64,000 nucleotides of DNA from the NCBI RefSeq assembly GCF_009914755.1, contig NC_060948.1; one strand, 5' to 3'. A program made the translations under genes and the position numbers. This DNA comes from the human T2T-CHM13v2.0 reference genome, Homo sapiens. Numbering within the stretch: position 1 is the first letter of the stretch; every line of letters starts with the position of its first letter. Shown here piece by piece: positions 1 through 13,700 of the stretch. The notes under the pieces were generated by a model. It had not been told where the DNA came from and ran no database searches. It saw only the letters and a list, made by a program, of their open reading frames with translations.

Positions 1-1069
1 GGAATGGAAAGGATTCGAATGGAATGCAATCGAATGGAATGGAATCGAACGGAATGGAATAAAATGGAAGAAAACTGGCAAGAAATGGAATCGAAATGAA
101 TGGAGTGTTATGGAACGGACTCAAAAGGAATTGAATGTAATAGAATGGAGTGGAGTGGACTCGAATATAATGGACTGGAATGGAATGAAATCACATGGAA
201 TGGGAACGAATGGAATGGAATGGAAAGGAATGGAATCGAATGGAAAGGAATCGAATGGAAGGGAATGAAATTGAATCAACAGGAATGGAAGGGAATAGAA
301 TAGACGGTAATGGAATGGACTCGAATAGAATGGACACGAATGCTCAAATTGAATGGACTCGAATGGAATGGAAACGAAAGGAATGTCATCGAATGGAATT
401 GAATCGATTGGAATGAAATCGCATAGAATGGAGTGGAATCAAATGGAATTGAATCGAAAGGAAAGGAAGCGAATGGACTGAAATGAAATGGAATGGAATT
501 GAATGGAAAGTAATGCAATGGAATAGAATGGAACGAAATTTCACGGAATGGAATCAAATTGAATGGAATCAAATCAATGGAATCTAATCAAATGGAATGG
601 AAAGGAATTGAATGGAGTAGATTGGATTGGATGGGATTGGAATGAAATGTACTGGAAAGGACTCGAATTTCATGAAACGGAATGGAATGAATTGGAACGG
701 AATGGACTCGAATGGAATGGAATGTCATAGAATGGTATCAAATGGAATGGCATCAAATGGAATGGAATCGAATGCAATGGAATGCTATGGAATGGAATGG
801 AATGCATTGGAATGGAATGTCCTCTAATGGAATGGATTCGAGTGGAATGGAATCGAATATAATGGAGTCGAATGAAATGGAATTGAAAGGAATCGGATGG
901 AATACAATGGAATATACTGGAATGTAATGTAATGAACTCGAATGTAATTGACTGGAATGGAATGTACATGAGTGGAATGTAATCGAATGGAAAGTAATCC
1001 AATGGAATAGAATCTAATGCAATAAAATCGACTCAGATAGAGTAGAATGTAATGGAATGGAGTGCAGTG

Positions 1070-1145
1070 CAATGGAATGGAATGGAATGGAATGCAATGG
1101 AATGGAATGGAATGGAATGGAATGGAATGGAATGGAATGGAATGG
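1070..1145 (+). repeat. Variable near-pure (GGAAT)n tract A (one per unit; U1 copy shown)
   Basis: Follows GTGCAGTGCA; flanking-anchor distance is 201-246 bp among units, in 5-bp steps. Confidence 0.88.
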
Positions 1146-1372
1146 GATGGAATGGTATGGAATGGATAGTAATGGACTGGAGTGAAATGGACTGGAAAGG
1201 AATGGACTCAAATTGAAAGGTCTCGAAAGGAATGGAGTCAAATGGAATGGTCTGGAATGGAATGAACACGAATGTAATGCAATCCAATAGAATGGAATCG
1301 AATGGCATGGAATATAAAGAAATGGAATCGAAGAGAATGGAAACAAATGGAATGGAATTGAATGGAATGGAA

Positions 1373-1526
1373 TTGAATGGAATGGGAACGAATGGAGTGA
1401 AATTGTATGCAGTAGAAGAGAAAAGAATGGAATGCAAGCGAAAGGAAAGGAATGGATTGGAATGGAATGGAATTCATTGGAATGGAAGGGAATGTAGTGT
1501 AATGGACAGGCCTGGAATAAAGTGGA
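1373..1526 (+). other. DYZ1 landmark segment with EcoRI and HaeIII/StuI sites; matches recalled DYZ1 sexing PCR primer sites
   Basis: TTGAATGGAATGGGAACGAATGG at 1373-1395 and GGACAGGCCTGGAATAAAGTGGA at 1504-1526 (154 bp span). Primer identity (Y1.1/Y1.2) is from memory and needs checking. Confidence 0.7.
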
Positions 1527-2163
1527 ATGCTACAGTATCGAATGGAATAAAAATGTATGGAATGGAATGCAATGAAACGGAATCGAATGTCATAGAATGT
1601 AATGGAATGCAAAAAAATGGAATCCAAAATCATTGAATGCAAAGGCTGGGTGTCGAAAGGAATTGACTCCAATGGAATGGAATCGAATGGAATGGAAGTG
1701 AATAGAATCGAACTAAATCGAATGGAATGGAATTGATAGGAACGGAATGGAAAGGAATGCAATGATTTGGCATGGAATGGAATCGAATGGCATCGAATGG
1801 AATGGAATGGAATGCAATGGAATGGAATGTATTAGAATGTAATGAACTTTAATGGAATGTACTCGAATGGATTCGACTGGAATGTAATGTTCTGGAAGTG
1901 AATGGACTCCAATGGAATGGATTCAAAAGGAATGGAATCGTACGGAATGGAATCCAATGGAATGGAATTAAATGGAAATGAATCAAATGGAATAGCACGG
2001 AATTGAATTGAATGGAATTGAATGCAATGGAATCTAATGAAACGGAAAGGAAAGGAATGGAATGGAATGGAATGGGCTGGAATGGAAAGGAATCGAAACG
2101 AATGGAATGGAATCGAACTGAAGAGACTGGAATGGAATGCACTGGAATGGAAGGGAGTGTAAT

Positions 2164-2178
2164 GGAAGGTTCTCGAAA
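2164..2178. promoter_or_regulatory. Perfect heat shock element motif, site B (gGAAggTTCtcGAAa); one per unit, U1 copy shown
   Basis: Exact match to nGAAnnTTCnnGAAn; third GAA>GGA in U7, U11, U13. Motif seen; binding inferred. Confidence 0.6.
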
Positions 2179-2870
2179 AAAATGGAATCGAATGGAATGC
2201 AATTGAATGGAACGGAATAGAGTCGAATGGAATTGAATGGAATGGAATGGACTAGAGTGAAATGGAATCGAACCACAAGGAATGGACAGGAATAGAATGG
2301 TCTCGAATTGAATGGAATCGTATGGAATGGCATCAAACGGAATGGAATGGACAGCCACGGAATGGAATGCACTCGAATGCAATGGAGTCGAAACTAATGG
2401 ACTGGAATAGAATGGACTCGACTGGTACGGACTGCAATGGAATGGAATCGAATGGAAGGGAATCGAACGGAATGGACTCAAAGGGAAAAGACTGCAATGG
2501 AAAGGTCTCGAATGGAATGGAAATTAATGGAATGGAATGGAATCGAATGAAATGGAGTCAAAAGGAATGGAATCGAATGGCAAGAAATCGAATGTAATGG
2601 AATCGCAAGGAATTGATGTGAACGGAACGGAATGGAATGGAATCCAAAGGAATGGAATAGAATGGAATGGAATCGAATGGAAAGGACTCGAATGGAAATC
2701 ACTCGAATAGAATGCAATTTAATAAAATAGGATCAAATGTAATGGAATGGAATGGAAAGGAATCGAAACGAAAGGAATGGAGACAGATGGAATGGAATGG
2801 AACAGAGAGCAATGGTATAGAATGGAATGGAATCATCTGGAATGGAATTGAATGGAATGGAATGATATGA

Positions 2871-2899
2871 AATGGAATGGAATGGAATGGAATGGAATG
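2871..2899 (+). repeat. Variable pure (GGAAT)n tract B (one per unit; U1 copy shown)
   Basis: Between ATATGAA and GCCCTTGAA; varies over 15 bp in 5-bp steps among units. Confidence 0.85.
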
Positions 2900-3189
2900 C
2901 CCTTGAATTAAATGGACTGGAATGGAATGGACTCGAACAGAGTGGAATGGAAAGTGTTGAGATAGAATGCAATGGACTCCTTTGGAATGGTCTAGTATGC
3001 AATGCAATCGACTGGTAGGGAATCAAAAGGAATGTAATCGAATGGATTGGACTGGAATGCAATGGACTCGAATAGATTGGAAACGGAATGCAAAGGAATG
3101 GAATGGAATAGTATGGAATGGAATGGAAAGGAATGGAGTGGAATAGACTAGAGTGGAATGGAATGGACTGGAAAGCAATGGACTGGAAT

Positions 3190-3204
3190 GGAACATTCTT
3201 GAAT
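3190..3204. promoter_or_regulatory. Perfect heat shock element motif, site C (gGAAc[a/t]TTCttGAAt); one per unit, U1 copy shown
   Basis: Exact match to nGAAnnTTCnnGAAn; TTC>CTC in U13 (45783). Motif seen; binding inferred. Confidence 0.6.
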
Positions 3205-3339
3205 GGACTGGAATCAAACGGAATTGAATGCAATGCAATCAAATGGCATGGAATAAAATAGAATGAAAGAGAATCAAATGGAATTGAATCGAATGGAATC
3301 GAATGGATTGGAAAGGAATAGAATGGAATGGAATGGAAT

Positions 3340-3346
3340 TGACTCA
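3340..3346. promoter_or_regulatory. AP-1/TRE consensus TGACTCA, one per unit (deleted in U13)
   Basis: Exact 7-mer match in GGAATTGACTCAAAT; function not shown. Confidence 0.25.
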
Positions 3347-3569
3347 AATGGAATGGACTAGAATGGAATGGATTCGAATGGAAGGCAAAGGAATGGAATC
3401 TATTGGAATGGACTGTAATGGAATGGAATGGAAGGGATTGGAATGGACTCGAATGGAATGGACTGTAATAGAAAGGATTCGAATGGAATGAAAAAGAATT
3501 GAATGGAATAGAACAGAATGGAATCAAATCGAATGAAATGGAATGGAATAGAAAGGAATGGAATGAAAT

Positions 3570-6500
3570 GGAATGGAAAGGATTCGAATGGAATGCAATC
3601 GAATGGAATGGAATCGAACGGAATGGAATAAAATGGAAGAAAACAGGCAAGAAATGGAATCGAAATGAATGGAGTGTTATGGAACGGACTCAAAAGGAAT
3701 TGAATGTAATAGAATGGAGTGGAGTGGACTCGAATATAATGGACTGGAATGGAATGAAATCACATGGAATGGGAACGAATGGAATGGAATGGAAAGGAAT
3801 GGAATCGAATGGAAAGGAATCGAATGGAAGGGAATGAAATTGAATCAACAGGAATGGAAGGGAATAGAATAGACGGTAATGGAATGGACTCGAATAGAAT
3901 GGACACGAATGCTCAAATTGAATGGACTCGAATGGAATGGAAACGAAAGGAATGTCATCGAATGGAATTGAATCGATTGGAATGAAATCGCATAGAATGG
4001 AGTGGAATCAAATGGAATTGAATCGAAAGGAAAGGAAGCGAATGGACTGAAATGAAATGGAATGGAATTGAATGGAAAGTAATGCAATGGAATAGAATGG
4101 AACGAAATTTCACGGAATGGAATCAAACTGAATGGAATCAAATCAATGGAATCTAATCAAATGGAATGGAAAGGAATTGAATGGAGTAGATTGGATTGGA
4201 TGGGATTGGAATGAAATGTACTGGAAAGGACTCGAATTTCATGAAACGGAATGGAATGAATTGGAACGGAATGGACTCGAATGGAATGGAATGTCATGGA
4301 ATGGCATCAAATGGAATGGCATCAAATGGAATGGAATCGAATGCAATGGAATGCTATGGAATGGAATGGAATGCATTGGAATGGAATGTCCTCTAATGGA
4401 ATGGATTCGAGTGGAATGGAATCGAATATAATGGAGTCGAATGAAATGGAATTGAAAGGAATGGGATCGAATAGAATGGAATATACTGGAATGTAATGTA
4501 ATGAACTCGAATGTAATTGACTGGAATGGAATGTACATGAATGGAATGTAATCGAATGGAAAGTAATCCAATGGAATAGAATCTAATGCAATAAAACCGA
4601 CTCAGATAGAGTAGAATGTAATGGAATGGAGTGCAGTGCAATGGAATGGAATGGAATAGAATGCAATGGAATGGAATGGAATGGAATGGAATGGAATGGA
4701 ATGGAATGGAATGGAATGGAATGGGATGGAATGGTATGGAATGGATAGTAATGGACTGGAGTGAAATGGACTGGAAAGGAATGGACTCAAATTGAAAGGG
4801 CTCGAAAGGAATGGAGTCAAATGGAATGGTCTGGAATGGAATGAACACGAATGTAATGCAATCCAATAGAATGGAATCGAATGGCATGGAATATAAAGAA
4901 ATGGATTCGAAGAGAATGGAAACAAATGGAATGGAATTGAATGGAATGGAATTGAATGGAATGGGAACGAATGGAGTGAAATTGTATGCAGTAGAAGGGA
5001 ATAGAATGGAATGCAAGCGAAAGGAAAGGAATGGATTGGAATGGAATGGAATTCATTGGAATGGAAGGGAATGTAGTGTAATGGACAGGCCTGGAATAAA
5101 GTGGAATGCTACGGTCTCGAATGGAATAAAAATGTATGGAATGGAATGCAATGAAACGGAATCGAATGTCATAGAATGTAATGGAATGCAAAAAAATGGA
5201 ATCCAAAATCATTGACTGGAAAGGCTGGGTGTCGAAAGGAATTGACTCCAATGGAATGGAATCGAATGGAATGGAAGTGAATAGAATCGAACTAAATCGA
5301 ATGGAATGGAATTGATAGGAACGGAATGGAAAGGAATGCAATGATTTGGCATGGAATGGAATCGAATGGCATCGAATGGAATGGAATGGAATGCAATGGA
5401 ATGGAATGTATTAGAATGTAGTGAACTTTAATGGAATGTACTCGAATGGATTCGACTGGAATGGAATGTTCTGGAAGTGAATGGACTCCAATGGAATGGA
5501 TTCAAAAGGAATGGAATCGTACGGAATGGAATCTAATGGAATGGAATTAAATGGAAATGAATCAAATTGAATAGCACGGAATTGAATTGAATGGAATGGA
5601 ATGCAATGGAATCTAATGAAACGGAAAGGAAAGGAATGGAATGGAATGGAATGGGCTGGAATGGAAAGGAATCGAAACGAATGGAATGGAATCGAACTGA
5701 AGAGACTGGAATGGAATGCACTGGAATGGAAGGGAGTGTAATGGAAGGTTCTCGAAAAAAATGGAATCGAATGGAATGGAATTGAATGGAACGGAATAGA
5801 GTCGAATGGAATTGAATGGAATGGAATGGACTAGAGTGAAATGGAATCGAACCACAAGGGATGGACAGGAATACAATGGTCTCGAATTGAATGGAATCGT
5901 ATGGAATGGCATCAAACGGAATGGAATGGACAGCCACGGAATGGAATGCACTCGAATGCAATGGAGTCGAAACTAATGGACTGGAATAGAATGGACTCGA
6001 CTGGTACGGACTGCAATGGAATGGAATCGAATGGAAGGGAATCGAACGGAATGGACTCGAAGGGAAAAGACTGCAATGGAAAGGTCTCGAATGGAATGGA
6101 AATTAATGGAATGGAATGGAATCGAATGAAATGGAGTCAAAAGGAATGGAATCGAATGGCAAGAAATCGAATGTAATGGAATCGCAAGGAATTGATGTGA
6201 ACGGAACGGAATGGAATGGAATCCAAAGGAATGGAATAGAATGGAATGGAATCGAATGGAAAGGACTCGAATGGAAATCACTCGAATAGAATGCAATTTA
6301 ATAAAATAGGATCAAATGTAATGGAATGGAATGGAAAGGAATCGAAACGAAAGGAATGGAGACAGATGGAATGGAATGGAACAGAGAGCAATGGTATAGA
6401 ATGGAATGGAATCATCTGGAATGGAATTGAATGGAATGGAATAATATGAAATGGAATGGAATGGAATGGAATGGAATGCCCTTGAATTAAATGGACTGGA

Positions 6501-7147
6501 ATGGAATGGACTCGAACAGAGTGGAATGGAAAGTGTTGAGATAGAATGGAATGGACTCCTTTGGAATGGTGTAGTATGCAATGCAATCGACTGGCAGGGA
6601 ATCAAAAGGAATGTAATGGAATGGACTGGACTGGAATGCAATGGACTCGAATAGATTGGAAACGGAAAGCAAAGGAATGGAATGGAATAGTATGGAATGG
6701 AATGGAAAGGAATGGAGTGGAATAGACTAGAGTGGAATGGAATGGACTGGAAAGCAATGGACTGGAATGGAACTTTCTTGAATGGACTGGAATCAAACGG
6801 AATGGAATGCAATGCAATCAAATGGCATGGAATAAAATAGAATGAAGAAAATGAAATGGAATTGAATCGAATGGAATCGAATGGATTGGAAAGGAATAGA
6901 ATGGAATGGAATGGAATTGACTCAAATGGAATGGACTAGAATGGAATGGATTCGAATGGAAGGCAAAGGAATGGAATCTATTGGAATGGACTGTAATGGA
7001 ATGGAATGGAAGGGATTGGAATGGACTCGAATGGAATGGACTGCAATAGAAAGGATTCGAATGGAATGAAAAAGAATTGAATGGAATAGAACAGAATGGA
7101 ATCAAATCGAATGAAATGGAATGGAATAGAAAGGAATGGAATGAAAT
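3570..7147 (+). repeat. DYZ1 unit U2 (3578 bp)
   Basis: Anchor spacing 3764->7342; longest tract A (+10 bp vs U1) and a 1-bp deletion near 6846. Confidence 0.93.
5463..5477. promoter_or_regulatory. Perfect heat shock element motif, site A (gGAAtgTTCtgGAAg); one per unit, U2 copy shown
   Basis: Exact match to nGAAnnTTCnnGAAn; intact in U2-U18, mutated to TAA in U1. Motif seen; binding inferred. Confidence 0.6.
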
Positions 7148-10100
7148 GGAACGGAAAGGATTCGAATGGAATGCAATCGAATGGAATGGAATCGAACGGA
7201 ATGGAATAAAATGGAAGAAAACTGGCAAGAAATGGAATCGAAATGAATGGAGTGTTATGGAACGGACTCAAAAGGAATTGAATGTAATAGAATGGAGTGG
7301 AGTGGACTCGAATATAATGGACTGGAATGGAATGAAATCACATGGAATGGGAACGAATGGAATGGAATGGAAAGGAATGGAATCGAATGGAAAGGAATCG
7401 AATGGAAGGGAATGAAATTGAATCAACAGGAATGGAAGGGAATAGAATGGACGGTAATGGAATGGACTCGAATAGAATGGACACGAATGCTCAAATTGAA
7501 TGGACTCGAATGGAATGGAAACGAAAGGAATGTCATCGAATGGAATTGAATCGATTGGAATGAAATCGCACAGAATGGAGTGGAATCAAATGGAATTGAA
7601 TCGAAAGGAAAGGAAGCAAATGGACTGAAATGAAATGGAATGGAATTGAATGGAAAGTTATGTAATGGAATACAATGGAACGAAATTTCACGGAATGGAA
7701 TCAAACTGAATGGAATCAAATCAATGGAATCAAATCAAATGGAATGGAAAGGAATTGAATGGAGTAGATTGGATGGGATGGGATTGGAATGAAATGTACT
7801 GGAAAGGACTCGAATTTCATGAAACGGAATGGAATGAATTGGAACGGAATGGACTCGAATGGAATGGAATGTCAGGGAATGGCATCAAATGGAATGGCAT
7901 CAAATGGAATGGAATCGAATGCAATGGAATTCTACGGAATGGAATGGAATGCATTGGAATGGAATGTCCTCTAATGGAATGGATTCGAGTGGAATGGAAT
8001 CGAATATAATGGAGTCGAATGAAATGGAATTGAAAGGAATAGGATCGAATACAATGGAATATACTGGAATGTAATTTAATGAACTCGAATGTAATTGACT
8101 GGAATGGAATGTACATGAATGGAATGTAATCGAATGGAAAGTAATCCAATGGAATAGAATCTAATGCAATAAAATCGACTCAGATAGAGTAGAATGTAAT
8201 GGAATGGAGTGCAGTGCAATGGAATGGAATGGAATGGAATGCAATGGAATGGAATGGAATGGAATGGAATGGAATGGAATGGAATGGAATGGTGTGGAAT
8301 GGATAGTAATGGACTGGAGTGAAATGGACTGGAAAGGAATGGACTCAAATTGAAAGGGCTCGAAAGGAATGGAATCAAATGGAATGGTCTGGAATGGAAT
8401 GAACACGAATGTAATGCAATCCAATAGAATGGAATCGAATGGCATGGAATATAAAGAAATGGAATCGAAGAGAATGGAAACAAATGGAATGGAATTGAGT
8501 GGAATGGAATTGAATGGAATGGGAACGAATGGAGTGAAATTGTATGCAGTAGAAGAGAATAGAATGGAATGCAAGCGAAAGGAAAGGAATGGATTGGAAT
8601 GGAATGCAATTCATTGGAATGGAAGGGAATGTAGTGTAATGGACAGGCCTGGAATAAAGTGGAATGCTACGGTCTCGAATGGAATAAAAATGTATGGAAT
8701 GGAATGCAATGAAACGGAATCGAATGTCATAGAATGTAATGGAATGCAAAAAAATGGAATCCAAAATCATTGACTGGAAAGGCTGGGTGTCGAAAGGAAT
8801 TGACTCCAATGGAATGGAATCGAATGGAATGGAAGTGAATAGAATCGAACTAAATCGAATGGAATGGAATTGATAGGAACGGAATGGAAAGGAATGCAAT
8901 GATTTGGCACGGAATGGAATCGAATGGCATCGAATGGAATGGAATGGAATGCAATGGAATGGAACGTATTAGAATGTAATGAACTTTAATGGAATATACT
9001 CGAATGGATTCGACTGGAATGGAATGTTCTGGAAGTGAATGGACTCCAATGGAATGGATTCAAAAGGAATGGAATCGTACGGAATGGAATCTAATGGAAT
9101 GGAATTAAATGGAAATGAATCAAATTGAATAGCATGGAATTGAATTGAATGGAATCGAATGCAATGGAATCTAATGAAACGGAAAGGAAAGGAATGGAAT
9201 GGAATGGAATGGGCTGGAATGGAAAGGAATCGAAACGAATGGAATGGAATCGAACTGAAGAGACTGGAATGGAATGCACTGGAATGGAAGGGAGTGTAAT
9301 GGAAGGTTCTCGAAAAAAATGGAATCGAATGGAATGGAATTGAATGGAACGGAATAGAGTCGAATGGAATTGAATGGAATGGAATGGACTAGAGTGAAAT
9401 GGAATCGAACCACAAGGGATGGACAGGAATACAATGGTCTCGAATTGAATGGAATCGTATGGAATGGCATCAAACGGAATGGAATGGACAGCCACGGAAT
9501 GGAATGCACTCGAATGCAATGGAGTCGAAACTAATGGACTGGAATAGAATGGACTCGACTGGTACGGACTCCAATGGAATGGAATCGAATGGAAGGGAAT
9601 CGAACGGAATGGACTCGAAGGGAAAAGACTGCAATGGAAAGGTCTCGAATGGAATGGAAATTAATGGAATGGAATGGAATCGAATGAAATGGAGTCAAAA
9701 GGAATGGAATCGAATGGCAAGAAATCGAATGTAATGGAATCACAAGGAATTGATGTGAACGGAACGGAATGGAATGGAATCCAAAGGAATGGAATAGAAT
9801 GGAATGGAATCGAATGGAAAGGACTCGAATGGAAATCACTCGAATAGAATGCAATTTAATAAAATAGGATCAAATGTAATGGAATGGAATGGAAAGGAAT
9901 CGAAACGAAAGGAATGGAGACAGATGGAATGGAATGGAACAGAGAGCAATGGTATAGAATGGAATGGAATCATCTGGAATGGAATTGAATGGAATGGAAT
10001 AATATGAAATGGAATGGAATGGAATGGAATGGAATGCCCTTGAATTAAATGGACTGGAATGGAATGGACTCGAACAGAGTGGAATGGAAAGTGTTGAGAT

Positions 10101-10706
10101 AGAATGGAATGGACTCCTTTGGAATGGTGTAGTATGCAATGCAATCGACTGGCAGGGAATCAAAAGGAATGTAATGGAATGGACTGGACTGGAATGCAAT
10201 GGACTCGAATAGATTGGAAACGGAATGCAAAGGAATGGAATGGAATAGTATGGAATGGAATGGAAAGGAATGGAGTGGAATAGACTAGAGTGGAATGGAA
10301 TGGACTGGAAAGCAATGGACTGGAATGGAACTTTCTTGAATGGACTGGAATCAAACGGAATGGAATGCAATGCAATCAAATGGCATGGAATAAAATAGAA
10401 TGAAAGAGAATCAAATGGAATTGAATCGAATGGAATCGAATGGATTGGAAAGGAATAGAATGGAATGGAATGGAATTGACTCAAATGGAATGGACTAGAA
10501 TGGAATGGATTCGAATGGAAGGCAAAGGAATGGAATCTATTGGAATGGACTGTAATGGAATGGAATGGAAGGGATTGGAATGGACTCGAATGGAATGGAC
10601 TGCAATAGAAAGGATTCGAATGGAATGAAAAAGAATTGAATGGAATAGAACAGAATGGAATCAAATCGAGTGAAATGGAATGGAATAGAAAGGAATGGAA
10701 TGAAAT
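7148..10706 (+). repeat. DYZ1 unit U3 (3559 bp)
   Basis: Anchor spacing 7342->10901; divergent 5' patch; usual EcoRI site lost (CAATTC 8607-8612), new one at 7927-7932. Confidence 0.93.
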
Positions 10707-13700
10707 GGAATGGAAAGGATTCGAATGGAATGCAATCGAATGGAATGGAATCGAACGGAATGGAATAAAATGGAAGAAAACTGGCAAGAAATGGAATCGA
10801 AATGAATGGAGTGTTATGGAACGGACTCAAAAGGAATTGAATGTAATAGAATGGAGTGGAGTGGACTCGAATATAATGGACTGGAATGGAATGAAATCAC
10901 ATGGAATGGGAACGAATGGAATGGAATGGAAAGGAATGGAATCGAATGGAAAGGAATCGAATGGAAGGGAATGAAATTGAATCAACAGGAATGGAAGGGA
11001 ATAGAATAGACGGTAATGGAATGGACTCGAATAGAATGGACACGAATGCTCAAATTGAATGGACTCGAATGGAATGGAAACGAAAGGAATGTCATCGAAT
11101 GGAATTGAATCGATTGGAATGAAATCGCATAGAATGGAGTGGAATCAAATGGAATTGAATCGAAAGGAAAGGAAGCGAATGGACTGAAATGAAATGGAAT
11201 GGAATTGAATGGAAAGTAATGCAATGGAATAGAATGGAACGAAATTTCACGGAATGGAATCAAACTGAATGGAATCAAATCAATGGAATCCAATCAAATG
11301 GAATGGAGTAGATTGGATTGGATGGGATTGGAATGAAATGTACTGGAAAGGACTCGAATTTCATGAAACGGAATGGAATGAATTGGAACGGAATGGACTC
11401 GAATGGAATGGAATGTCATAGAATGGCATCAAATGGAATGGCATCAAATGGAATGGAATCGAATGCAATGGAATGGTATGCAATGGAATGGAATGCATTG
11501 GAATGGAATGTCCTCTAATGGAATGGATTCGAGTGGAATGGAATCGAATATAATGGAGTCGAATGAAATGGAATTGAAAGGAATGGGATCGAATACAATG
11601 GAATATACTGGAATGTAATGTAATGAACTCGAATGTAATTGACTGGAATGGAATGTACATGAATGGAATGTAATCGAATGGAAAGTAATCCAATGGAATA
11701 GAATCTAATGCTATAAAATCGACTCAGATAGAGTAGAATGTAATGGAATGGAGTGCAGTGCAATGGAATGGAATGGAATGGAATGCAATGGAATGGAATG
11801 GAATGGAATGGAATGGAATGGAATGGAATGGGATGGAATGGTATGGAATGGATAGTAATGGACTGGAGTGAAATGGACTGGAAAGGAATGGACTCAAATT
11901 GAAAGGGCTCGAAAGGAATGGAGTCAAATGGAATGGTCTGGAATGGAATGAACACGAAAGTAATGCAATCCAATAGAATGGAATCGAATGGCATGGAATA
12001 TAAAGAAATGGAATCGAAGAGAATGGAAACAAATGGAATGGAATTGAATGGAATGGAATTGAATGGAATGGGAACGAATGGAGTGAAATTGTATGCAGTA
12101 GAAGGGAATAGAATGGAATGCAAGCGAAAGGAAAGGAATGGATTGGAATGGAATGGAATTCATTGGAATGGAAGAGAATGTAGTGTAATGGACAGGCCTG
12201 GAATAAGGTGGAATGCTACGGTCTCGAATGGAATAAAAATGTATGGAATGGAATGCAATGAAACGGAATCGAATGTCATAGAATGTAATGGAATGCAAAC
12301 AAATGGAATCCAAAATCATTGACTGGAAAGGCTGGGTGTCGAAAGGAATTGACTCCAATGGAATGGAATCGAATGGAATGGAAGTGAATAGAATCGAACT
12401 AAATCGAATGGAATGGAATTGATAGGAACGGAATGGAAAGGAATGCAATGATTTGGCACGGAATGGAATCGAATGGCATCGAATGGAATGGAATGGAATG
12501 CAATTGAATGGAACGTATTAGAATGTAATGAACTTTAATGGAATGTACTCGAATGGATTCGACTGGAATGGAATGTTCTGGAAGTGAATGGACTCCAATG
12601 GAATGGATTCAAAAGGAATGGAATCGTACGGAATGGAATCTAATGGAATGGAATTAAATGGAAATGAATCAAATTGAATAGCATGGAATTGAATTGAATG
12701 GAATCGAATGCAATGGAATCTAATGAAACGGAAAGGAAAGGAATGGAATGGAATGGAATGGGCTGGAATGGAAAGGAATTGAAACGAATGGAATGGAATC
12801 GACCTGACGAGACTGGAATGGAATGCACTGGAATGGAAGGGAGTGTAATGGAAGGTTCTCGAAAAAAATGGAATCGAATGGAATGGAATTGAATGGAACG
12901 GAATAGAGTCGAATGGAATTGAATGGAATGGAATGGACTAGAGTGAAATGGAATCGAACCACAAGGAATGGACAGGAATAGAATGGTCTCGAATTGAATG
13001 GAATCGTATGGAATGGCATCAAACGGAACGGAATGGACAGCCACGGAATGGAATGCACTCGAATGCAATGGAGTCGAAACTAATGGACTGGAATAGAATG
13101 GATTCGACTGGTACGGACTCCAATGGAATGGAATCGAATGGAAGGGAATCGAACGGAATGGACTCGAAGGGAAAAGACTGCAATGGAAAGGTCTCGAATG
13201 GAATGGAAATTAATGGAATGGAATGGAATCGAATGAAATGGAGTCAAAAGGAATGGAATCGAATGGCAAGAAATCGAATGTAATGGAATCGCAAGGAATT
13301 GATGTGAACGGAACGGAATGGAATGGAATCCAAAGGAATGGAATAGAATGGAATGGAATCGAATGGAAAGGACTCGAATGGAAATCACTCGAATAGAATG
13401 CAATTTAATAAAATAGGATCAAATGTAATGGAATGGAATGGAAAGGAATCGAAACGAAAGGAATGGAGACAGATGGAATGGAATGGAACAGAGAGCAATG
13501 GTATAGAATGGAATGGAATCATCTGGAATGGAATTGAATGGAATGGAATAATATGAAATGGAATGGAATGGAATGCCCTTGAATTAAATGGACTGTAATG
13601 GAATGGACTCGAACAGAGTGGAATGGAAAGTGTTGAGATAGAATGGAATGGACTCGTTTGGAATGGTCTAGTATGCAATGCAATCGACTGGCAGGGAATC

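Larger units (their letters stand above)
1..3569 (+). repeat. DYZ1 unit U1 (3569 bp)
   Basis: Anchor spacing 195->3764; several private variants (e.g. GTATCG ~1535, TAATGTTC ~1885, GAACATTC 3191). Confidence 0.93.

Noticed and set aside
580-590. DUX4-like motif GAATCTAATCA
   Set aside because: Mismatch at the first T of TAAYYYAATCA and polymorphic among units (CTA/CAA/CCA); too weak to call.
535-676. Partial HSE-like motifs GAAatTTC (535-542) and TTCatGAA (669-676)
   Set aside because: Only two nGAAn units and out of pentamer register; not counted as HSEs.
2716-2730. AATAAA polyadenylation signals and AT-rich TTTAATAAAATA patch (also 58, 1021, 1516, 1546, 3253)
   Set aside because: Readily produced from GGAAT by G>A changes; no clear downstream GU/U-rich element; transcript data would be needed.
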